NCBI GenBank assembly: GCA_965116495.1
Contig: OZ220696.1
Coordinates: forward strand, 1,075,493-1,139,492
Direction: 5' to 3'
DNA from: Gammaproteobacteria bacterium
GTDB taxonomy: Bacteria; Pseudomonadota; Gammaproteobacteria; Eutrophobiales; Eutrophobiaceae
DNA: 64,000 nucleotides
In this document: piece by piece, positions 57,288-64,000 of the stretch
Position numbering within the stretch: the first letter of the stretch is position 1
How the letters are laid out: each line of letters opens with the position of its first letter
The notes under the pieces: generated by a model
What the model was told of the DNA's origin: nothing
Seen by the model: the letters and a program-made list of their open reading frames with translations, nothing else
The model's database searches: none
Program-made: the position numbers and the translations under genes

Positions 57288-58039
57288 TGACTTATCTCTA
57301 CATACTCGTCGGCCTTGCCATCCTGTTGCCCATGTTCATCAAGATCCTGCGCGAGTACGAACGCGCAGTGGTCTTCACTTTCGGCCGGTTCACGTCGGTG
57401 AAAGGACCGGGGCTGATCATCATCATCCCGTTCGTGCAACAGCTTGAGCGGGTGGAACTGCGCACCATCGCCATGGACGTGCCGAGCCAGGACGTCATCT
57501 CCAGGGACAACGTGTCGGTCAAGGTCAACGCAGTGCTTTACTACCGGGTGATCGATCCGGAACGCGCCATCATCCAGGTGGAGAATTTCCATGAAGCCAC
57601 CAGCCAACTGGCGCAAACCACTTTGCGCGCGGTGCTGGGCAAACACGAACTGGACGACATGCTATCGCAGCGGGAACGGCTCAATAACGATATCCAGTCA
57701 GACCTGGACAAGCAGACCGATGCCTGGGGCATCAAGGTGGCCAACGTGGAGATCAAGCACGTCGACCTGGACGAGAGCATGATCCGGGCCATAGCCAGGC
57801 AGGCGGAGGCAGAACGCGAGCGGCGCGCCAAGATCATCCACGCCGAAGGCGAACTGCAGGCCTCCCAGAAACTGCTGGAAGCCGCCACGGTACTCGGCCA
57901 GAACAACAACAGCATGCAGTTGCGCTACCTGCAGACCCTGACCGAGATCGCCGGGGAGAAAAGCTCCACCATCGCCTTCCCCATCCCGATTGATTTCCTC
58001 AAATCATTCCAGTCGATTGGCAAGACAGATAGCGATTAA
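57284..58039 (+). CDS. SPFH/band-7 (stomatin-like) protein, operon partner of NfeD
   Basis: 251 aa SPFH domain, overlapping the nfeD stop. Confidence 0.85.
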   Translation: MMTYLYILVGLAILLPMFIKILREYERAVVFTFGRFTSVKGPGLIIIIPFVQQLERVELRTIAMDVPSQDVISRDNVSVKVNAVLYYRVIDPERAIIQVENFHEATSQLAQTTLRAVLGKHELDDMLSQRERLNNDIQSDLDKQTDAWGIKVANVEIKHVDLDESMIRAIARQAEAERERRAKIIHAEGELQASQKLLEAATVLGQNNNSMQLRYLQTLTEIAGEKSSTIAFPIPIDFLKSFQSIGKTDSD

Positions 58040-58044
58040 AGAAC

Positions 58045-58102
58045 AATTTGGGACACCCGCAAATTTCGGAAAAGTAGCAATTTATGGGTGTCCTAAATTT
58101 GC
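58045..58102. terminator. Inverted pair of the AAATTTGGGACACCC / GGGTGTCCTAAATTT 22-mer forming a hairpin between convergent genes
   Basis: Direct reading of the sequence; a related single copy is at 15508-15527. Confidence 0.55.
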
Positions 58103-58123
58103 CCAACTGGATCCCGCCCCCGG

Positions 58124-59662
58124 TCAGGGCTGCATCCGGCCGGCGACGTGGGACGCCCAGGCCGCAATACTCAGCGAGGGCGGCACGCCGACCGGTTGCG
58201 GGAACACGGACGCATCCGCGATATAAAGGCCGGGGTGCCCGTGCACCCGGCCTTCACCATCGACCACGCCTGCTGCCGGGTCATCGCTGATGCGGCAACC
58301 GCCCAGCGCGTGGGCCGTGAAGACATTTTTGCCGTCAAACCTGACCGGGCGGCCCGATTGGGCAGCAAGCGATTCAAACGCATTGATGGTGGCGGCATAG
58401 CTGGGTGAACCGCTCATGGAAAACGAAAATTTCATGCGGCCCTTGTGCATCCGGATCTCGCCGTCGGCCGCATCCTGCGACATGGCCACCACGTCAAATG
58501 CCCGGCCGGCTTTTGCCCGTGCCCTGGCGTGGAGGAATCCGGGTACGGGAGGCGTATCCCCGCCGGCGAGAATGATATAGCAACTGTTCTCATGCCCGGC
58601 GATCTTGATGCGGCCGTGGACGGGCGGCCCCGCTACGGAATTGCGGGAACCATCCCCCGGGACCGGCCAGGAACCGATCAGGTCGCCGTTCACGCCAAAA
58701 CCTTTCCCCAGCCCCGGCAGTTCGCCAAGGCTGCCCGCCTGGCGTGACTGCAGCAACAGGTAGTTGGTATTCATGGTGCCGGCCGCCAGGACAACCCTGG
58801 GCGCGCTGAGTGTGAGATCTTCCTGTTTCTGCAGACCATGCACCAGCAGGCGGTAGCCCTTGTCCCGGTCACGGCAGATTTCCCGGACTTCGTGCAGCGG
58901 CTTTATCACCAGGCCTTTCTGCAGTGCGGGCAACAGGTAAAGCGCATCCACGGTCGATTTGGACCCGTCCGGGCTGCCGAACATGCCGTGATCCTTCTGG
59001 AAATCCATCGGCATACGCACAACGCCTTGCTCATCGGTTAGCGGTCCCGTGACACGCGCCGTCTCAGGGTAGAGGACGGCCATGGGCGGCTGCTCGCCGA
59101 CACCCAGCGGCGTGAAGTGGTACACGCCTTCCCAGGCGTGATCGGTATGGTTCGGCACGCGCCTGGCATCAGCCGGCTGGGTGCCCTTCAACTCTTTCCC
59201 TACCCGGTTGTAATGGGAAGCAAGAACCCCATCGTCCAGTCCGTCAGCACGATTATTCCAGAATCCTTTGGGGGGGCTCTCCAGCGTGGCGGCCCAGATG
59301 TGGCTGCCCCCACCCACACCGGACGTACAGACAGCTTTGACGCCCTGGCCGACCCACACATCCAGGAAACCGGTTTTGTTCAACCTGATCCCGGACTTCG
59401 GCCCAACCGGCAGGTGCAACGAGCGCAGCACGCTCGTCATGCCGCCGCTGCGGGGCAACGGCCGGGTGTCCGTGATACCGGCTTCCCGCACAGGCACCGT
59501 CTCGCGCCAGGGACCGCGCTCAAGCAGCAGTACCGACATCCCGGCATCCACCAGCCGCGCTGCGGCCACGGATCCGCCGAAGCCGCTGCCGATGACGATG
59601 ACGTCCGCATCGGCATGAAATTCCCTGTTATTTTCTGTCACCACCCGATCTCCGCGTTTCAT
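58124..59662 (-). CDS. GMC-family FAD-dependent oxidoreductase
   Basis: N-terminal DVIVIGSGFGGSVAA Rossmann motif; 512 aa; GMC-like C-terminal domain. Confidence 0.8.
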   Translation of the reverse strand: MKRGDRVVTENNREFHADADVIVIGSGFGGSVAAARLVDAGMSVLLLERGPWRETVPVREAGITDTRPLPRSGGMTSVLRSLHLPVGPKSGIRLNKTGFLDVWVGQGVKAVCTSGVGGGSHIWAATLESPPKGFWNNRADGLDDGVLASHYNRVGKELKGTQPADARRVPNHTDHAWEGVYHFTPLGVGEQPPMAVLYPETARVTGPLTDEQGVVRMPMDFQKDHGMFGSPDGSKSTVDALYLLPALQKGLVIKPLHEVREICRDRDKGYRLLVHGLQKQEDLTLSAPRVVLAAGTMNTNYLLLQSRQAGSLGELPGLGKGFGVNGDLIGSWPVPGDGSRNSVAGPPVHGRIKIAGHENSCYIILAGGDTPPVPGFLHARARAKAGRAFDVVAMSQDAADGEIRMHKGRMKFSFSMSGSPSYAATINAFESLAAQSGRPVRFDGKNVFTAHALGGCRISDDPAAGVVDGEGRVHGHPGLYIADASVFPQPVGVPPSLSIAAWASHVAGRMQP

Positions 59663-60549
59663 TACCTGTTCGCATAATGTAGAAAGTTCAATACATGTTC
59701 AAGCAAAATTCCCGGGATCTCCTCCGGGATGAAATGGCCCGACGGCAGTCCGGTCCCTTGCACGTCACCGGCCACTTTTTCCCATTCCTGCAACGGGTTA
59801 AACAACTTTCCTATAACACCTTCCGTGCCCCATAACACGAGCAGGGGGCAGGTTATCCTGTTTCCCGCAGCCCTGTCCTGTCGGTCATGCTCCAGGTCGA
59901 TACCGGCGCTGGCCCGGTAGTCTTCGCAATTCCCGGCAGCGGTACCGGGCAGTCTCAGGCAACGCAGGTATTCGGCAAATGCCTCGCGGGTAAACGAATT
60001 CTCTCCCGCACTGAGCCGGTATAACATGTTGCGCAGGTAGTTTTCCGGGTCTGCCGTAATCAGTGTTTCAGGCAACGGCGCCGGACGTATGAGGAAAAAC
60101 CAGTGCCAGTATGCCCTGGCGAATTCCTCCGTGGTCTGCTCATACATGGACAGGGTTGGGGCAATGTCCAGCAGGATCATCCGGTTGACGGTTTCAGGGT
60201 GATCGATCGCCAGCCTGTGAGAGACCCGCGCGCCCCGGTCATGTGCCAGGATGTCGAAGCGGTCAAAACCCAGGGAACTCATCAACCCAACCTGATCCCG
60301 CGCCATTTCGCGTTTTGAATACGGGTGGTTCTTTTCCGATGCAGGGGGCTTGTCGCTGTCGCCATAACCTCTCAGGTCCGCGGCAACCACCGTGAAATGT
60401 TCTGTGAGCTGTCCGGCGACCTTGTGCCACATGACATGGGTTTGCGGGTGTCCGTGAAGCAGCAACAGGGGCGGCCCCGCACCCCCGATACGGTAGTGAA
60501 TGTTAACACCGTTAACAGGTTGAGACGTCCGCTCGAAATGGGCAAACAT
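59662..60549 (-). CDS. Alpha/beta hydrolase (epoxide hydrolase / haloacetate dehalogenase-like)
   Basis: LLLLHGHPQTHVMW and DLRGYGDS motifs; 295 aa. Confidence 0.8.
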   Translation of the reverse strand: MFAHFERTSQPVNGVNIHYRIGGAGPPLLLLHGHPQTHVMWHKVAGQLTEHFTVVAADLRGYGDSDKPPASEKNHPYSKREMARDQVGLMSSLGFDRFDILAHDRGARVSHRLAIDHPETVNRMILLDIAPTLSMYEQTTEEFARAYWHWFFLIRPAPLPETLITADPENYLRNMLYRLSAGENSFTREAFAEYLRCLRLPGTAAGNCEDYRASAGIDLEHDRQDRAAGNRITCPLLVLWGTEGVIGKLFNPLQEWEKVAGDVQGTGLPSGHFIPEEIPGILLEHVLNFLHYANR

Positions 60550-60908
60550 GGTTTGGATTATTAATTTATGTGGGGTTGCCTGCTGTCATTGGGTTGACAA
60601 ATATTTATTTTAAAATTGACAATTAATTGACAAATCATCAGGTTGCACATATCAATAGGCCAGGGTTGCGCGGATGAGGTTTTCCGGGTGTTTAAAAACC
60701 AGTACCCGGAAATCTCCATAAAAGTAACGCATACGAACAGTGTTGTAAACGCAATGATACAACATGTAAAAGTACAATAAGCTACCGAACTCGCCTTGTC
60801 GCAAGCAGGCTGGAGAGGGATTTTGATGGGCCGTCAGGGATTCTGAATACGAATGTAAGTTACTGTTTTTTCTAACTTATTGAGAAATTATGCTTAATAT
60901 ATCCCACG

Positions 60909-61064
60909 CTATTTCCAACAATACCGTTGGGTATAGACAGGAACATACAGCTCGGCGATGGAAGTCAGTGCGGCCCAATCTGAGCGATAGCTCTCCTGAT
61001 GCTCAAGGACAAGGCGCACGGACAGTTCTTGGATCTCCAAGGGATAGCGTTTGTGATTGTTCAT
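60909..61064 (-). pseudogene. IS3-family transposase OrfA N-terminal (HTH) remnant, 51 codons
   Basis: Manual translation MNNHKRYPLEIQELSVRLVLEHQESYRSDWAALTSIAELY... resembles IS3/IS911 OrfA (RYSPEFKREAVRLVLEQGYS...) and then stops prematurely. Confidence 0.5.
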
Positions 61065-61131
61065 TACTCCATCCTCTCAAGAAATGGAGTCTCCGGCAAT
61101 TCCCGGGCGGTTTATGGGGCAGGTTGTCGGC

Positions 61132-61797
61132 TTAGATCAGCCCCTGTTCGGCCACGGACGTCACGGTCTTGTTCCCGAGGTGGTCCAGCACGCGCACGTC
61201 CACCAAGGCCAGTGCCTGGGTCAGCTTCAGCGTAATCTGCCGGTCGGCCTGGCTCGGTTCGGCGATGCCGGAGGGGTGGTTGTGCGAAAAGATGATGCCC
61301 GCCGCATTCAGCTGCAGGCAGCGCTTTACCACCTCGCGCGGGTACACGCTGGCGCCGTCGATGGTCCCGGTGAACAGAATCTCGTTACTGATGATGCGGT
61401 GGCGGTTGTCCAGGAACAGGCAGGCGAACACCTCGTGCTCGAAGCGGCACAACCAGGCCCTGAGGCAGTTCTTGGTCTTGTCCGGGTTGCTTAAGACCGG
61501 GCGGACGCGCAGTTCCGCCTCCAGGTAACGCCGGGACAACTCCAGGGCCGCTTCGAGTCGCGCCGTGAGGGTCTTGCCGAGGCTGCTGTCCCGGGCGTTG
61601 TCGATGAGGCCTCTTATGCCCTGGTATTTACTGAGCTGCCCCCGTATTTTGTCGAAAGACCGGGGCGATACGAAGAGGCTGATGAGTTCGGTATCACTCA
61701 AGCTGTGGGGACCGGCATGCCGCAGTTTGTCACTCGGTGAGAGTTCACCGCGCGTGCGCAGCGTGCAGGATACAGGTTGGAACAGGGGATATTGCAT
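61132..61797 (-). CDS. radC: RadC-like JAB/MPN domain protein
   Basis: EVFACLFLDNRHRIISNEILFTGTIDGASVYPREVVKRCLQLNAAGIIFSHNHPSGIAEPSQADRQIT contains the JAMM motif. GC ~60% within AT-rich flanks. Confidence 0.85.
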   Translation of the reverse strand: MQYPLFQPVSCTLRTRGELSPSDKLRHAGPHSLSDTELISLFVSPRSFDKIRGQLSKYQGIRGLIDNARDSSLGKTLTARLEAALELSRRYLEAELRVRPVLSNPDKTKNCLRAWLCRFEHEVFACLFLDNRHRIISNEILFTGTIDGASVYPREVVKRCLQLNAAGIIFSHNHPSGIAEPSQADRQITLKLTQALALVDVRVLDHLGNKTVTSVAEQGLI

Positions 61798-62515
61798 GGG
61801 AGTCTCTACTGTGGTTCAGTGACACCGGTGGTCACGGGCCGTTGCAAGGCGTAGCGTGATCAACCGGGCCGGGGTCTCTTGCTGGCACCGACTATGGAAT
61901 GCGTCACTGCCGCAGCGCCGGATGGATGAAATGCACTGTGTTGGCGTGTTATTTATTCATCAGGGAAAATCACACATCCGGCAGGACACATTCCTGAACT
62001 GTTTATGTTATTGGATAACCCAGAACCAGCTGCTGTCCGCCGCTGTGGGGGATGTAAGGTTTGGGCCGAGAGCACGTCCGCGGAGTAGACGTGCGTCTTG
62101 AGCACCAGGGTGGGATTGATGCGGTGTTGGTCAGGCTGGATGAATTGCTTAATGCCGAATGGGTCCAGTTGCATGTTGCAGGGGACATGCCAGCCGCGCT
62201 CCTGGCTAAGATGCAATTGCCCACCAGTTCATTAGCGTTGATGCAGCTTTTAGTGCCTCACGGACCTTCGTCTCATCAAATACCGGGGGTGTAATAGCAG
62301 GAATCGGAAGGCGAAAAGAAGCAGAGACCATGGTCTTTATTACGGTAATTTCGGCCAATTCATTTGTTACATAGCGGACAAATCTATTTGTTGACAACAG
62401 CTCTACATGCTCAAATCGTTAGTGTAATAACAGGCCGGTTCGGAATCTGTTACAGGTGCATCGTGCGACCTCATTCCGCATAACCTGCAACGATGTTTGG
62501 TTATGGCCGATTCAG

Positions 62516-63361
62516 CTACGAAATCAGCTTGGTAACCGTCTGATTAAATTTGCGTCTGAACTTTGAAGCACGACCAGTAACTTGTTTGTCAGTGATTGAC
62601 TTAGGGACCACATCGCGCAGTTCCCCATTCGATGGTACGCGATTCAGTTTCTTGACACCATCAGCACACAAGGTAAACACAGTATAACCTATCGGAGATT
62701 CGGGACGGGTTTGACATTCCTTGTTTTTTAATGCTTGCATAGCAACCTCCTTAGACACCCATTTTTCTGGTAGATTTCCACCGCGAGGCACGAATACTTC
62801 ACCCTTCGGTGCTTTGATAGTCGTCGTGTTAGTTATAGTAACTATATTTCTTCCCACAGTGATATCTCTGAATTCTTTTTGAGGTGGTTTCTGCTTCCAA
62901 CGCACACGGTAATTGTTGATGTCATCAGGTTGCAATTCGTTACATTCTTTCCACCTCTCCTCAAACCAATGCAAGATACCCTGCCCTTTCTTTGTTTCGA
63001 GAACGGTCTCCTCGTTATTTTTGAAGCCCCCCTCCGTTAGATTCGCGCTACCGACCCATGCAATTAATGATTTGCCCCGGAAGATGTAAACCTTTGGATG
63101 AAACAACATGCTGTCCCTTTCAGCAAAACGTAGTTCTCCGATATTAGCCAACCGCTCCAGAGCATGAGGTTCAGTAGCATTTCCAAAGGTGCCAACCATA
63201 GCGCGAATACGTTTCGAATGATCTTTTTTCCACCTTTCAAGAAGTTGCAAGGCAGTCCCCGAGGTGGTCCAGGCGACGGCGATGTCAATCTGATCAGTAT
63301 GCTTCAGGTTGTCCTGAAATCTTTCCAGTAGCTTTTTCGTCGTCAGGAACATAAAGGTCAA
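62516..63361 (-). CDS. PLD-family (single HKD motif) nuclease-like protein
   Basis: HPKVYIFRGKSLIAWVGSANLT matches HxK(x)nGSxN. 281 aa with an extra ~120-aa C-terminal region; low GC. Confidence 0.55.
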   Translation of the reverse strand: MTFMFLTTKKLLERFQDNLKHTDQIDIAVAWTTSGTALQLLERWKKDHSKRIRAMVGTFGNATEPHALERLANIGELRFAERDSMLFHPKVYIFRGKSLIAWVGSANLTEGGFKNNEETVLETKKGQGILHWFEERWKECNELQPDDINNYRVRWKQKPPQKEFRDITVGRNIVTITNTTTIKAPKGEVFVPRGGNLPEKWVSKEVAMQALKNKECQTRPESPIGYTVFTLCADGVKKLNRVPSNGELRDVVPKSITDKQVTGRASKFRRKFNQTVTKLIS

Positions 63362-63550
63362 GTGTGTTAATAATCATCTTTATAAATAAAACGATGCTAG
63401 GCGCATATTGTAAACTTGAGGCTCATTTATTCACGTTTTCTCGACCCACTGTAGTTCTGCTGACACCGAAATGCTCCACGGCTTCCACCATAGTGTGCAC
63501 TGTGCAACCTGGCTCCATTTAGTTCTCTCAGAGACACGATTAAAACTTCA

Positions 63551-63967
63551 TCAATTACAGAGCCGGCCCCATATCATCTGCACATTTGCTCCTTTCTCGT
63601 CGTTTAGCCTGTCAATTTGCCTTCGTGCTTCCTGCTGGGCCCAATCCGCCCAAGCTGACCATGGAGGCAAAAAGAACCATCCTCCTGTTTTATCCCCCAC
63701 GGCCGTATAACATTCTCTGGTAACTGGCAGAGCGGTTAACAAACAGACAAGCGCTGCCCGTTTTTCGTGATCGTCTTCCCGTTCAAATTCTGCTTGCCAT
63801 TCTGTTTTCTCTCGCCTGCTAAGGCATTCTATCCGATGCACGATTTTTTTTTCAATCGCCCTGTCATAAAGCCAGTCAAATTTCTCGTTCCGTTTGATTT
63901 TCGGCATTGGATTATAAGTATCCTCACTCAGACATACACCCAGATAACCATTGGGAAAAGCTTCCAC
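63551..63967 (-). CDS. Hypothetical protein, N-terminally truncated by the window end
   Basis: The listed start is GTG and there is no in-frame stop between 63968 and 64000, so the ORF continues upstream out of the window. No recognisable family. Confidence 0.4.
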   Translation of the reverse strand: MEAFPNGYLGVCLSEDTYNPMPKIKRNEKFDWLYDRAIEKKIVHRIECLSRREKTEWQAEFEREDDHEKRAALVCLLTALPVTRECYTAVGDKTGGWFFLPPWSAWADWAQQEARRQIDRLNDEKGANVQMIWGRLCN

Positions 63968-64000
63968 GATTGCACTGTCAGGCCGGATTTGAGGGTAAGC

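Noticed and set aside
61856-62397. Small ORFs between radC and the PLD gene (61953-62216, 62061-62294, 62206-62397)
   Set aside because: They overlap one another and have no recognisable motifs. They may be decayed fragments, but nothing supports calling them.

Overview
This 64 kb window looks like a gammaproteobacterial chromosomal segment of about 57% GC. It is mostly housekeeping genes in conserved order: sdhCDAB-sdhE-ygfZ, dsbB, ffh / ypjD / yfjD-like, gor, modABC, two linked peptide ABC transporters (yejABEF-like plus a second SBP and two permeases), fabI, and ppiD-tRNA(Val,Asp)-lon-clpX-clpP-tig-tRNA(Leu). Acquired material is: an IS1182-family IS with a CTAG target duplication upstream of modA; an AT-rich voltage-gated K+ channel gene wedged between modC and yejF; and a 3.5 kb island at the right edge holding an IS3-OrfA remnant, a RadC/JAB gene, a single-HKD PLD-family nuclease gene and an ORF truncated by the window end. 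The most unusual content is the non-coding repeat load. (1) A miniature inverted-repeat element family has 29-bp arms made of three helically phased CGCAGAT iterons. There are seven full copies and one solo arm, all intergenic; one copy retains a 25-codon fragment of a GxxExxY-family gene, and one sits between sdhA and sdhB. (2) Heptanucleotide (GAATTAC/GG)n tandem arrays, each followed by a short inverted array so that they form hairpins, occur at three loci; two lie exactly between an SBP stop codon and the permease start codon (modA|modB and SBP|permease). (3) Several REP-like palindrome families, including the GTCATTCCGGCG type and its tandem half-site arrays. Other points are an apparent 1-nt deletion frameshift in sdhA, an unlisted 53-aa DUF1674/SDHAF4-like ORF near the sdh locus, and a 275-bp GC-rich element with perfect 34-bp terminal inverted repeats abutting the IS. 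I found no rRNA and no CRISPR array. All calls rest on reading the sequence and the ORF translations; no database searches were possible.
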